Positions 16,653 to 26,623 of a stretch of 64,000 nt of DNA are shown here, piece by piece. Each line of letters starts with the position of its first letter. Positions within the stretch are counted from its first letter, which is position 1. Location of the stretch: positions 160,001-224,000 of the IMG/VR virus record IMGVR_UViG_3300013212_000088. One strand, written 5' to 3'. The notes below the pieces were generated by a model, which saw only the letters and a program-made list of their open reading frames with translations, ran no database searches and was not told where the DNA came from. This DNA is from a virus. Taxonomy: Duplodnaviria > Caudoviricetes. Made by a program: the position numbers and the translations under genes.

Positions 16653-19031
16653 TTAAATCTTTATTTCATCTGGATCTTGTGCTTGAGATTTTCCACTTTT
16701 CTTTCGTATTGCTTGCATAACAACATTCAATACATCTTGTGGATGATCATTTAATTCTTTATCTGTAAATCTCAACATAACCCATCCATTAGAAGCAAGT
16801 TCAATATCTCTTCTTTTATCTTTTGCAATTTTTTCAGGATTGTTATGCCAAATTTCGCCATCTGCTTCAACTCCAATCTTAAGTGTTGGAATTGCTGCAT
16901 CTAATTGATAATCCATAGTAGGACCGGCTGAATATTGGGCATACAATGGATACGGTAGGTTAATAGAAAGTAAAAGACCATAAAGCTTCTTTTCTATTGA
17001 AGTAAACATTTGAGTTGTTGGTTTTTCCATTTTCTTTGCAGCATATACATTTCTTGTATCTTCACTATTTGCAAAGCTGTATTGTTCATATTCTGCGGCA
17101 TAATTTAATGCTTTTGAATAAGGACCACCAAAAGGTAATGGACTTATAACACCACCAAAACCATCATAAGTTTCAGGTACAGATCCAAGCCTACCACGTC
17201 CAGAAACAGGTGATAAACTTCTAAGAAAGCCTTCATGCGCTGCTGATTTAAATCTTCTTCCAGCAACCCTTACATTAATCAAACTTGAATTACTTTCCAA
17301 GTTTTCATAGTAAAGTTCATTCATAATAGAAGAAGCTAGTCTATAGTTTTGAATTGAGTTATTAGCCATAGGCATACCTGGCATTCCACCACCCATGCCT
17401 CCCATACCACCAGGAGGAGGAGGTGTCATTCCCATACCAGGAGCACCCATACCCATGTCCCCTCCACCAGCAGCTCCGAATCCTTGTCCAGTTACATCAC
17501 CAGATTGAAAACCATTATTAGTATCTAAATTGCCAAATGCTGGGTTTTGAACAAAGTTAGACCCTTGTTCAAATCTAAGTCTTTCAATTTCTTGATCAGG
17601 GTCTAGTCCAAATTGCTCAATAAGAGTCATGTTTGAAATAACACCATTTGAGTTAGCAGTGACAAGCATCTGCAACTTACCAGTGTCATCTCTTAATTGA
17701 AGATCATCAAACTTAATTGTAGGAAAGATAATTTCTTCTTGTCCTCTAACGCCTTCAATTGTAAAACCATTCCATTCAGCAACAGGTTTGAATACACATT
17801 GTTCAACCCATCTTGCCACTTCTCTTCTAAATGTCTCTAATCTCTGAGCCATTGCAAGGAGACCAACTTGAGCATTGCCATATGTTGGACCTTCACCATT
17901 GAGGAGAGCTTTGTTGAGCATTACACCATCTAGGATTTCTTGATCAATTAATTCATATTCATTAGTTAACTGGAGTACCTTTCCAGAAGCGCCAACATAA
18001 TCAAAGTCAAAAGCATGGTGAGTAACTAATGTAAGGTTAGGGTCGTTAGCAATTGCAGCCAACTCATCTTGAACTGAATCGAGGTCTTCTTGTGACGCTG
18101 GTCTTTGATCATTTCCTACCTTTACAACTTTAACTGGAAGGATATGTCTTTCTGCAACAATCCATTGAGATTGTCTTAATTTATCTTTATATGCTAATGT
18201 TGGAAATAATGGTCTGATAAGTGGGGTACCATAATCTTCCCAAGGGTTTGATCCATGTTTGAAATGGTGAATAGAAATAGGAGATAGTGGAATAGGATCT
18301 CCTTTCAATATAAGTTTTTTTACATTGTCAGGAATAGCATCATAATATTCTCTTGGTTGTCTCTCATTTACAATTTTGATTTCTTCAGGAGATGGTCTGT
18401 AAGTGTACATTCCAGGCTGATCAATCATACTAGGGGATTTAAGAACACTATCAGGATTTAATAAACATACAGATTTCCATGTTGCTCCATCATGTTTACA
18501 AGCTTCATTCTTTTCTTCGTCCCAGTTAGATCCTTGGCAATGCTCACAATCCAATGAAAGAAGAACAAATGCATCTCCAAGTAAGTGATAAACCTTTGAG
18601 ATTTCAGGAAGCCATTTTTGAAAGTTAATTTTTTCGATTAACTTTTCAAAATAATCTTTTACATATGATGAAGAACATTCCAATTTCCAACCAGAGAAAG
18701 GATAATTGGAATAAAAGTTAATAGCTGCAGCAATTTTTGGCTCGTTGTTTCTCCACCAGTTTGCCCAAAGATAAACTTCACGTCTAGCATTTGGAATCGA
18801 AAAAGACGTAGGAGTTAAAAATGGAGAATAGAAGTTTGGTGCGGTGGTCATTGTATTATTACCACCGGACATTTGTGCAGTTTTAGAATTAACAGAAGGG
18901 CCTAATCCACTTGTAATTCTAGAATAAGCATATTGACCTGAATATTCTGCCGATGAAACTTTCTCTCCCGATACATTTTGTGCTGCTGTTTTTAAAACGT
19001 TTGCTAATGTAGGCGCATTCTTGGAAATCAT
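16653..19031 (-). CDS. Portal protein with C-terminal DUF559 (Vsr-like) endonuclease domain
   Basis: Portal-like N-terminal part (EPKIAAAINFY, IHHFKH, WEDYGTPL, FPTIKFDDLQLRD); G/M/P linker; then TSIEKKLY...QLDAAI...VEADGEIWH...DKRRDIEL...GWVMLRF (DUF559 consensus). Confidence 0.78.
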   Translation of the reverse strand: MISKNAPTLANVLKTAAQNVSGEKVSSAEYSGQYAYSRITSGLGPSVNSKTAQMSGGNNTMTTAPNFYSPFLTPTSFSIPNARREVYLWANWWRNNEPKIAAAINFYSNYPFSGWKLECSSSYVKDYFEKLIEKINFQKWLPEISKVYHLLGDAFVLLSLDCEHCQGSNWDEEKNEACKHDGATWKSVCLLNPDSVLKSPSMIDQPGMYTYRPSPEEIKIVNERQPREYYDAIPDNVKKLILKGDPIPLSPISIHHFKHGSNPWEDYGTPLIRPLFPTLAYKDKLRQSQWIVAERHILPVKVVKVGNDQRPASQEDLDSVQDELAAIANDPNLTLVTHHAFDFDYVGASGKVLQLTNEYELIDQEILDGVMLNKALLNGEGPTYGNAQVGLLAMAQRLETFRREVARWVEQCVFKPVAEWNGFTIEGVRGQEEIIFPTIKFDDLQLRDDTGKLQMLVTANSNGVISNMTLIEQFGLDPDQEIERLRFEQGSNFVQNPAFGNLDTNNGFQSGDVTGQGFGAAGGGDMGMGAPGMGMTPPPPGGMGGMGGGMPGMPMANNSIQNYRLASSIMNELYYENLESNSSLINVRVAGRRFKSAAHEGFLRSLSPVSGRGRLGSVPETYDGFGGVISPLPFGGPYSKALNYAAEYEQYSFANSEDTRNVYAAKKMEKPTTQMFTSIEKKLYGLLLSINLPYPLYAQYSAGPTMDYQLDAAIPTLKIGVEADGEIWHNNPEKIAKDKRRDIELASNGWVMLRFTDKELNDHPQDVLNVVMQAIRKKSGKSQAQDPDEIKI

Positions 19032-19063
19032 ATTTTATTTATACCCACATTGAGATTTTATTA

Positions 19064-19576
19064 TTATATAAGTGTTCTTGCTGAAGGCAAATCACCAGTA
19101 AAAAGAGGATTTGATTTTGAAGATGCAAAGAACGATGGTGAACCAATGCCTGTTTGAAGTATGTTGCCATTTCCAGCTTCAGAAGATTGTTTATTGATTG
19201 GATCTACATTGATAGCTGAATCTCTGGAAGCTTCTAAAGCAGTTTCAATAGTGATAAAAGCATCATGATAAGGTGATTTTAATCTATTTCTTTTTGAAGC
19301 TTCTTGGTCAACAACTTGATGAGGTCTTTTTATTAAAAGATCCCAAAGTTCTTTTTGCTGCTCCATAGACATTTCATAATATTCTTCTAAAGTTTGTCCC
19401 ATTTCTTCAAGAATTGTTAGTAAATCTTCATTTAATTCATCATAATTCTTGAATTCAGGAGAATCTTTTAATTTTTCTTGAGGTTCTTGTTCAATTTTTT
19501 GATTTGAAACAGGCAAAAGAGGAGTGGATTTTACAACCCCTCCTCCAAACTGTGCCTTTTTAATTCTGTACCACAT
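19064..19576 (-). CDS. Hypothetical head-module protein
   Basis: N-terminus MWYRIKKAQF (KxAQ motif); lies in the head operon. Confidence 0.6.
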   Translation of the reverse strand: MWYRIKKAQFGGGVVKSTPLLPVSNQKIEQEPQEKLKDSPEFKNYDELNEDLLTILEEMGQTLEEYYEMSMEQQKELWDLLIKRPHQVVDQEASKRNRLKSPYHDAFITIETALEASRDSAINVDPINKQSSEAGNGNILQTGIGSPSFFASSKSNPLFTGDLPSARTLI

Positions 19577-21144
19577 TAGTCTTCTTCTCTTGATTCTTCT
19601 AAAATATAATCTAATCCTAATTGTTTTGCAAAATCTTTCAAATCATCAGCAGAAAATTGGTGTCCCCAATTCTCTGAATCATCTTCAAGCATTTCTTCAA
19701 TTGTTTTATCTAATTTTTTGTTAGTTCTTTTATCTTCTAGCATAGAATCAAAAGACTTTTCATCCTTAGATGCAGTTTTATTTAAATGATCTGATAAACT
19801 TTTTTCGTCACCGTCACCAGCATCTTCATTAATTTCTTCAGATACATTTACAGGATTTTCTTTCATTTCATTAATTTTTTCAATAGTGGATTTATCTTCT
19901 TCGCCTTTTCTGTCGTAAAGTCCAGCATTGTCTTCTAAATTAACTTCAATCTTTTCATCTAAATTAACTTTTGTATTATATTTATCTACAAGAAGATCAA
20001 ATAAAGATTTCTTTTGCTCACCCTTGCGTGGTAATTGATCTTCTATAGTTTTAGAATGATCTGATTGAGCAGTTCTTTTATTAAGTTTCTTGTCATCAAC
20101 AGTGTGACCATAACCAACTGCAGGTAAATCAGCTAATTGTTTTTCCATGCTGTCATCTGTATTAGGTTTTTCTTTTCTGAGTTTGGCTGCTTTAAGATCA
20201 CTGTCTTCAAACATCTTTTCATAGCCAACTTCATCTTCATGAGTTTTTCTTTCGCCATCTTTGATATTTAATAAATTGGCTTCATTATCAGGATGTCTTG
20301 TTGTGTCTAATCTTCCCATAACAACATCATGGGATTGGAATGATTGTTTCATCCAAGCTTCATAATTACATCTAACATTTCCGTCAGCATCTAATCTTGA
20401 ATCAATACAATTCCATCTACACTTTGATGATTCCATTGGAACGGCAGAACCAAACTCTACCTTACCTTTAGGACACATTAAAATTGGTTCACCGTCTGTA
20501 GTTGCTAATGTAGTGTAAGCAACTCTGGTATTTCTTGGAGTTGAAATTGCATCATACATATTTTTAGCAATCTTTGATGCGTTAGCTATATGAGCATAAC
20601 CACCATTGCTTAGCATTTTATCAATTTCGACAAGGGCATCATATTCTTTAATATTTGCAACTTTCATCAATTTTTCAACTGTTGCAATAGATTCTGCTTG
20701 CCATAAACCAGTGGATTTCTTTGGTAAATTACTTGCAATTCTTTCCATTGTAAATGCATCGTTTTCATTACCTAATGCACAGTTAATGGAGGCAAATAAA
20801 TGTCTTAGTTCTTTTCTAATATAAGCATTTCTTGTTTCAGAAAGGGTGTTTGCTAAATGCTTCATAGCGTGATGCATATCTTCTGGTGATTGCATTCTGA
20901 AGATTTTGACAACATGCTTAGGACCGCCCATATTTAAAAGTTTTGCGCCTACTGGGTCTGAAGCATCAATATCACCATCTTCTAAATCATTGAATGGTGT
21001 TTCTGGCATAGAGTGCATAGGAGAGAGATTGCCCATAATTTTCTGGAGCATATCTAAAATCCCTGTACCCCCAATTAATTTTCCAACTGTTTTAGGGTTA
21101 TGTGATTGAAGTTTCATTTTTATTGTGTAATTTTTCTTTTCCAT
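19576..21144 (-). CDS. Hypothetical head-module protein with Cys cluster and C-terminal peptide repeats
   Basis: CPKG...CRWNCID...CNY; repeated [ST]xExxL units. Confidence 0.6.
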   Translation of the reverse strand: MEKKNYTIKMKLQSHNPKTVGKLIGGTGILDMLQKIMGNLSPMHSMPETPFNDLEDGDIDASDPVGAKLLNMGGPKHVVKIFRMQSPEDMHHAMKHLANTLSETRNAYIRKELRHLFASINCALGNENDAFTMERIASNLPKKSTGLWQAESIATVEKLMKVANIKEYDALVEIDKMLSNGGYAHIANASKIAKNMYDAISTPRNTRVAYTTLATTDGEPILMCPKGKVEFGSAVPMESSKCRWNCIDSRLDADGNVRCNYEAWMKQSFQSHDVVMGRLDTTRHPDNEANLLNIKDGERKTHEDEVGYEKMFEDSDLKAAKLRKEKPNTDDSMEKQLADLPAVGYGHTVDDKKLNKRTAQSDHSKTIEDQLPRKGEQKKSLFDLLVDKYNTKVNLDEKIEVNLEDNAGLYDRKGEEDKSTIEKINEMKENPVNVSEEINEDAGDGDEKSLSDHLNKTASKDEKSFDSMLEDKRTNKKLDKTIEEMLEDDSENWGHQFSADDLKDFAKQLGLDYILEESREED

Positions 21145-21150
21145 TTTTCC

Positions 21151-22080
21151 TTACCCTAAATCTAAGTTTTTAAGATCCATTCCTCTATTTTTAAGTTCAG
21201 TTTTAACTTTAGCAAGCTCTTCTTTAGCGCCTTCTTTACTAGCTGCTTCTTTAAAATCACCTTGAGGAGTGTCTTTGTTATAAGCTAGCAAATCATCTAA
21301 ATAGTATGCTCTTGAAATTAATTCTGGTGTTGATCTCTTTCCAAAATCTGGTTTAGTATCATAATCGTAAGCTGCAACTTTGACATTTAATTCTTGGGAT
21401 GCTTTTTTTGGCTTTTCGTCCTTTTCATCCTTGGAGTCTTTTTTAATCTTCTTGTTGTAGTCTCTTACAATGTCAACAGCACGTTCAATTGTTTCACCAT
21501 TCCAGTATTTTTGCTTACTTAAATATCTAACAATGTCTTTCTTTTCAAGTCCATGATCCAAAAGCTTCCCTACTTTCCCCATTAAAACACGGAAAGGATT
21601 GCCTCTAGTTTTTTTCTTTTTCTTTAATTGTGCTTGTCTACTATTGAAAGCCATAATTGTGCTACCTACTTTTTCAGATTGCTGTGAATTAACATCTTTA
21701 ATATGATTTAACTTATGCTTCATTCTGCTGGCTAATTCTTGAGGGGTTGGGTCATATTTACCAGTTGAAGGATTCTTAGTTCTCTTCTTTGGATCGTTAG
21801 CATAATCAATTGAATTCATAAGCTGAGAAACCATCTTTCGATATTCTTCTCTTGTAATTTGAGGAAATATTTCTTCTAAATCAGTTTTGATATCATTTAT
21901 ATTTTGGCTATTTGAATTTTCAAACTTATCCAAAATTACAAGCATATCTTTAATAGAAATGCCTTCAGAACTTTCTGGATTTCCTTGAGAACCATCAGCT
22001 CCTACTACATTTAGATCAAGATTACTAATTCCCATTGCAGGGTTAGAAGCAAGACCAGATAAAGAATATTTCCTTTCCAT
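21151..22080 (-). CDS. Hypothetical head-module protein
   Basis: Long ORF in the operon; KKKKKTRGNPFRVLMGKVGKLLDHG block. Confidence 0.6.
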   Translation of the reverse strand: MERKYSLSGLASNPAMGISNLDLNVVGADGSQGNPESSEGISIKDMLVILDKFENSNSQNINDIKTDLEEIFPQITREEYRKMVSQLMNSIDYANDPKKRTKNPSTGKYDPTPQELASRMKHKLNHIKDVNSQQSEKVGSTIMAFNSRQAQLKKKKKTRGNPFRVLMGKVGKLLDHGLEKKDIVRYLSKQKYWNGETIERAVDIVRDYNKKIKKDSKDEKDEKPKKASQELNVKVAAYDYDTKPDFGKRSTPELISRAYYLDDLLAYNKDTPQGDFKEAASKEGAKEELAKVKTELKNRGMDLKNLDLG

Positions 22081-22081
22081 A

Positions 22082-22894
22082 TTAAATTTTGTCTATATCT
22101 AAATTGATACTCACATTATTGTAAATGTCATGAATTGTTTGAGCTCTATTTACTGCTCTATTTTCAAGATCTTCTGTATGACTCTTCTTTAATCCAAGTC
22201 TTTGCTCTCTTGATTTCTCGTGCATAGCAACTCTTTGTGTTTCTCTATTATCCAAAGCATCTGTGTCAACCATGCCAAATTGTGAACTATGTTGGCCTTC
22301 GTTAGCAGTTCTTAAGACAGAGTGTGCTCTGTTTGTTACGACACTAGATTTTCTAATTTGATTGAGTTGTCTTTCTTCCCATGAAGCATGCTTTGTAGCT
22401 TGTGCTTCTCTTCTTTGAGCATGATTAACCATAGCTTGTTGGCTTGTGCTTTCTTGGCTATTTAAAAACTCTTCGGAAAGGGCAATCATATCTGGGTTAA
22501 AAATAGAAGCGCTTTTGCTGAGCATTGCATTCATGTATTCATCTGCAGAGTAAGCCTGCAAACCTGATGTAATGGTTCTGGCGTTCATGCCTTCATCGTA
22601 ATCAGATCCTGCTCTTCTGATAGTATTAGTGCCAAAAAGATCTTCATTGTTGAAGTTGTATTTTGGTTCTTCGTATACAGATGGGCCTTGAATCTTTTCC
22701 CATGACTTTGTGAAGTTTTCTGCTGTTTTTTGATTACCAATTGTTTGCTTAGAAATCTTGATTCTATTTTCTGTAGAATTTTGCTTCAATTCAGCATATG
22801 GATCATCAAAAGCTTCATAACTAGCGCCAACGAATTTCTTTTCCATGTATGATGGAATGTTTTCTGTTTCTGAAACTTTTCTGAATTTGCTCAT
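22082..22894 (-). CDS. Hypothetical head-module protein
   Basis: AGGA SD, long ORF, no family recognised. Confidence 0.6.
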   Translation of the reverse strand: MSKFRKVSETENIPSYMEKKFVGASYEAFDDPYAELKQNSTENRIKISKQTIGNQKTAENFTKSWEKIQGPSVYEEPKYNFNNEDLFGTNTIRRAGSDYDEGMNARTITSGLQAYSADEYMNAMLSKSASIFNPDMIALSEEFLNSQESTSQQAMVNHAQRREAQATKHASWEERQLNQIRKSSVVTNRAHSVLRTANEGQHSSQFGMVDTDALDNRETQRVAMHEKSREQRLGLKKSHTEDLENRAVNRAQTIHDIYNNVSINLDIDKI

Positions 22895-22923
22895 TTTTGC
22901 ATCCTATTCTTTCCCAAGTCTTA

Positions 22924-22947
22924 ATCCCAGAGCTTTCGCTCTGGGAT
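22924..22947 (-). other. 10-bp stem-loop with GAAA tetraloop (minus strand); weak terminator or mRNA processing/stabilising hairpin
   Basis: ATCCCAGAGC-TTTC-GCTCTGGGAT; poor U-tract on the sense strand. Confidence 0.6.
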
Positions 22948-22969
22948 ATTTTAAACTTGAGGATTTTAA

Positions 22970-24025
22970 TTAACTATTTTTAAATAACTCGTCTACCCAT
23001 TCTGGGTCGCCATAACCGAGCTCATTCTTCCAATAATCTTTGCATCTGTTAATATTTGCTGAATCTAATTCAGATTCTTTAATCATATTAGCTACAACTG
23101 TCTTCTTTACATTTGTATTCAAATTAGAAGCCATAACTTGCTTAATTTCTACAACAGCTGGCTTTTCTGCAACAGTGGTGTTAAGCATAGCTTCTACATA
23201 TTCAACTGGGAAGCCAGATGCAATTGCTTTAGCAGCAAATGCTTTCTTAGCGTTATTGTTGAGTTGTGATGCTTTTGCAAATGAATCATTTGTGTTTGCT
23301 GTCTTAACAGTCTTCTTTTGAGTGTCTGCAGCAGTCTTTACAAGATTCTCTCTGTAAGCTCTTCTTTGTGCAAGCTTAAGATCGTTTGCTTGTGCAGTTT
23401 TGATGTTAGTTTCAATTTGACTTGCTAATCTTAATCTTCTTTCATGTCTTGCAGCAAGAATTGTTTTTGCCAATCTTACATCACCATTTGCTACAGCAGC
23501 TTCTACTGCTTCTGCAGAAAGTTGAGAAGGATTTGTAAAAACGATTTTAGATGCAGTCTTCATTTTGGAAGCATATCCACAAGTACAAGGCATTTTGCTA
23601 CATTTGCATTGTTTTGCAGTCTTCATTTTGTCTGACTTTTCATCTTCATCATCTTCATCATCTTCATCATCTTCATCAGTGTCAACATCGAAATCTTCAT
23701 CTTCTTCAGATTCTTCGTCTTCATCTTCTTCAGACTCATCTTCGTCAGATTCTTTGTCATCTTCCTCCACTGAAGCCCACTTAGCCATGACCATTGCTTC
23801 ATCGTGGCCTTCATCAGAGCCTTCAGCAATGTTGTCAAAAGTGCTTTCATATTTCTCATGAAGTGCCTTCATAAGCTCATCTGGGACTTCCTTTTTGCCT
23901 TCGTCCTCACCTTCTTCCATAGCGGCAAGTCTTTGACCAAATGCATCCCAATTGATGCCCGTAAAAACAAGCTCAGAATCCAATCCAGATTCTTGATACT
24001 TGTTTGGGAAAATTCTATCTGCCAT
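22970..24025 (-). CDS. Acidic internal head/scaffold-like protein
   Basis: Poly-D/E tract, CKCSKMPCTC, five KTA motifs, GAGGAG SD. Confidence 0.6.
   Translation of the reverse strand: MADRIFPNKYQESGLDSELVFTGINWDAFGQRLAAMEEGEDEGKKEVPDELMKALHEKYESTFDNIAEGSDEGHDEAMVMAKWASVEEDDKESDEDESEEDEDEESEEDEDFDVDTDEDDEDDEDDEDEKSDKMKTAKQCKCSKMPCTCGYASKMKTASKIVFTNPSQLSAEAVEAAVANGDVRLAKTILAARHERRLRLASQIETNIKTAQANDLKLAQRRAYRENLVKTAADTQKKTVKTANTNDSFAKASQLNNNAKKAFAAKAIASGFPVEYVEAMLNTTVAEKPAVVEIKQVMASNLNTNVKKTVVANMIKESELDSANINRCKDYWKNELGYGDPEWVDELFKNS
23638..23678. repeat. Coding 9-bp tandem repeat (TCATCTTCA)n encoding DEDDEDDED
   Basis: catcttcatcatcttcatcatcttcatcatcttcatca. Confidence 0.8.
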
Positions 24026-24107
24026 TGTTTAATTTCTCCTCAAGTTCAATCCTTTTAATCTTTTTAAAGATTGTGATTAAGTAAGCAATTGATACTTAAT
24101 AAAAACC

Positions 24108-24132
24108 TTCTATAAAAAATACTTTTAACCCT
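24108..24132 (-). promoter_or_regulatory. sigmaH-like promoter AGGG-N18-GAA upstream of the 351-aa head protein
   Basis: Minus strand reads GCAGGGTTAAAAGTATTTTTTATAGAAG. Confidence 0.55.
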
Positions 24133-24147
24133 GCTTTTTAGGCATTA

Positions 24148-24525
24148 TTAATTACTTTTACGGAAAACTATTTTGTTATCCTTGTATTCTAATTTATCTC
24201 CAACTTCAATACCCAGTTTTTCAAATGTATCTTTATTAGCTTCAACTACATATTTTATAAAATTACTGTCTGGAGAAACACTTTTAGTTTGTTCAGCTTC
24301 CAAATCTTTAAAGTCAACAATCTCATGATCTGAGTTTAAAAATGCTAATGTTAATGGATATGAAACATTCTTATTCCAAAATGAATGCTTGCCTTTTGTT
24401 GGAAAGATAAAATAAGCAACTTCGAAATCTTCTAAAGGTTCAGAATGCATAAGACCCTTTTGTAATAATTTTTCATTATCTGCAAGGAGTCTTAATTTAA
24501 ACTCATCTTCAAAATCTTCTGTCAG
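24148..24525 (-). CDS. DUF192-family protein; start ambiguous
   Basis: FWNKNVSYPLTLAFLN...YVVEAN...GIEVGDKL. The frame is open upstream of the called ATG (ADNEKLLQKGLM, the DUF192 N-terminal motif) up to the TGA at 24526-24528. Confidence 0.7.
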   Translation of the reverse strand: MTEDFEDEFKLRLLADNEKLLQKGLMHSEPLEDFEVAYFIFPTKGKHSFWNKNVSYPLTLAFLNSDHEIVDFKDLEAEQTKSVSPDSNFIKYVVEANKDTFEKLGIEVGDKLEYKDNKIVFRKSN

Positions 24526-25002
24526 TCATATTTTCTTGAATGTTGACTTTTTGGAAGCAACTTTAACATTTTTAGCTTCTATTAAATCAAACTTTTCTTT
24601 CTTTCTAGCTTTCTTAAACTCATTAACTGGATCTTTCAAGTAAGCATCTCTAAGAGCAACTCTGCCTTTAGAAGTAAGTGCAACAGTTCTGCCACTTCCT
24701 GTTAATAATCCAGCTGTTTTAAGAGCAAGAAGATCATTGTCATTAATTGTTTTGGGAACATTGCAAACCTTAGCATCCTTGAGGTTATTAATCATATTTG
24801 CAGCTGTAACTACATCATTTTGATTCTTCTCAATTTCTTTAAGTAAATCAATGTGCTTTTGGCTTACAATTACTTTTGCTTCTCTAACAGGACTGGAAAA
24901 ACCTAAAAGTTGAATTTGCATATCTGAAAGACCTAAAGAAGACATTTGTACATTGTCATTATCTTCAGGAAAGTTGTTTAAAGATTGAATCGGTAAGGGC
25001 AT
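24526..25002 (-). CDS. Hypothetical protein with a winged-helix-like segment
   Basis: LLALKTAGLLTGSGRTVALTSKGRVAL resembles a wHTH wing; AGGAG SD. Confidence 0.55.
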   Translation of the reverse strand: MPLPIQSLNNFPEDNDNVQMSSLGLSDMQIQLLGFSSPVREAKVIVSQKHIDLLKEIEKNQNDVVTAANMINNLKDAKVCNVPKTINDNDLLALKTAGLLTGSGRTVALTSKGRVALRDAYLKDPVNEFKKARKKEKFDLIEAKNVKVASKKSTFKKI

Positions 25003-25011
25003 AATTTTCTC

Positions 25012-25470
25012 CTATCTTGGGTTTCTGTTCAAATGACCATTGCCATCTGAAACATTTTGTTCATAAGTATTTTCGAATAAAAATTCACTCAAATCACCAC
25101 GGCTTACATTGTCACTTAACCCAATATTTTTTGACTCTGGAGCTGGATCTTCATAAGTAATTCCATATCCAGAAGCACCATGAAGTTTCGCTTCTGTATT
25201 GAATAATTCTGGATTAGAAGCTTCGTCGTCTTTAGACTCAGGAACTCTAAATCTGTCTTGCTTATCTAGTCTTTTTTGATCAATTTCAACATCTTCTGCT
25301 GTATCATCGAAAGGCACAACTCTGTTTTCTGTGCTGGTAGTCATGAAGTTGCCATAATATTGAGCAATTTTAGTAAGTTTAAAAGTTATTTTGTCAGACT
25401 CACGAAGTTTCCCCCGCTTGTCTAATGAGTGTGCAAGTTTTAATAATCTAACAATTTCACTTCTATGCAT
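25012..25470 (-). CDS. Hypothetical virion-associated protein
   Basis: N-terminus LLKLAHSLDKRG...TKIAQ (helical leader ending in KxAQ). Confidence 0.55.
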   Translation of the reverse strand: MHRSEIVRLLKLAHSLDKRGKLRESDKITFKLTKIAQYYGNFMTTSTENRVVPFDDTAEDVEIDQKRLDKQDRFRVPESKDDEASNPELFNTEAKLHGASGYGITYEDPAPESKNIGLSDNVSRGDLSEFLFENTYEQNVSDGNGHLNRNPR

Positions 25471-25489
25471 AATTTGTGTTTTATAATTT

Positions 25490-26614
25490 TTAAACTGAAA
25501 TTCCTGCTAATTCTCTTTTACATACGTTCAATGCATTCGCAATAGTCATATCCATATCGTAATATCTGTAATTCCCCAAGCGTCCACCAATAATTAAGTT
25601 ATTAGTAAACTTTTGGTAATATTGTTTATATCTCTCATAAATTAGATTGTTCGTTTCGTCATTAACTGCATAATATGGTTGACTATTCAAATCTTTAGAA
25701 TCATATTTTTTTGAATATTCATAAGTAATTAAGTCGTATTTAGATTTACCTTTTGTGAAATGTTTGTGTTGGATTATTCTATTCCAGGATGTATTTTCAT
25801 TAGGATAATTCATTTGTGAACATCCTTGAAAATCAGTCATAACTTCATAATTTTTGAAATCTAAAGATCTATATTCTAAATCTCCATACATATAATCAAA
25901 ATATCTTTGAATTTGACCGGTATACACTATTTTATGAGCTTTAGATTCCCAATATGATCTGTCACTAAAGAAATCAACATTTAATTCAATATCAATACCC
26001 TTAAGCATTTTTTCAAATATTGGTGTATATCCGCTTACTGGTATGCCTTGATAAATATCTTGGTCTGGATAATAACTATCGTCATATGTATATCTAATTG
26101 GTAATCTTTTTATGATTGAGGATGGTAAATATTTAGGTTCTTTACCCCATTGTTTTTTCGTGTACCCATATATTAAAGTTTCGTAAATAGTGGGTCCAAC
26201 AAATGATAAAATATGTTCTTCTAAGTTTTTAGGATTTTCGCAAGGAACAATTTCAGATTGTATTTTTGCTATGGCTTTATCAGGTGTATTCACTTCTGGC
26301 CATATTTGATTAATTGTTGATAGGTTTACAGGCAAAGAATATGTTTTGCCTTTGTTTATAGCTTTAACCCTATGAGAATAATTATTGAATTCTGTAAACT
26401 CATTCAAATAGTCCCAAATATATTTTTTGGATGTATGAAATATGTGTGGGCCATATTTGTGAATATGATAATCTTCATACGGCTCTGTGTAGCAGTTTCC
26501 GCCGATATGATTTCTTTGATCAATAACTAAAACTTTCTTTCCTGTTTTATTTGCTTCATATGCAAAAATGGAGCCGAATAATCCGGCTCCAATAATCAAA
26601 TAGTCATATTTCAT
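25490..26614 (-). CDS. glf: UDP-galactopyranose mutase
   Basis: YDYLIIGAGLFG, HIGGNCY, HKYGPHIFHT, GRLGNYRYYDMD. Confidence 0.93.
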   Translation of the reverse strand: MKYDYLIIGAGLFGSIFAYEANKTGKKVLVIDQRNHIGGNCYTEPYEDYHIHKYGPHIFHTSKKYIWDYLNEFTEFNNYSHRVKAINKGKTYSLPVNLSTINQIWPEVNTPDKAIAKIQSEIVPCENPKNLEEHILSFVGPTIYETLIYGYTKKQWGKEPKYLPSSIIKRLPIRYTYDDSYYPDQDIYQGIPVSGYTPIFEKMLKGIDIELNVDFFSDRSYWESKAHKIVYTGQIQRYFDYMYGDLEYRSLDFKNYEVMTDFQGCSQMNYPNENTSWNRIIQHKHFTKGKSKYDLITYEYSKKYDSKDLNSQPYYAVNDETNNLIYERYKQYYQKFTNNLIIGGRLGNYRYYDMDMTIANALNVCKRELAGISV

Positions 26615-26623
26615 ACATATATT

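Noticed and set aside
22895-22945. Additional sigmaH-type promoter upstream of 22082-22894
   Set aside because: A GAAT is present but the best upstream GG element is 16-17 nt away and lacks AGG, and the nearby AGGA is better explained as the SD.
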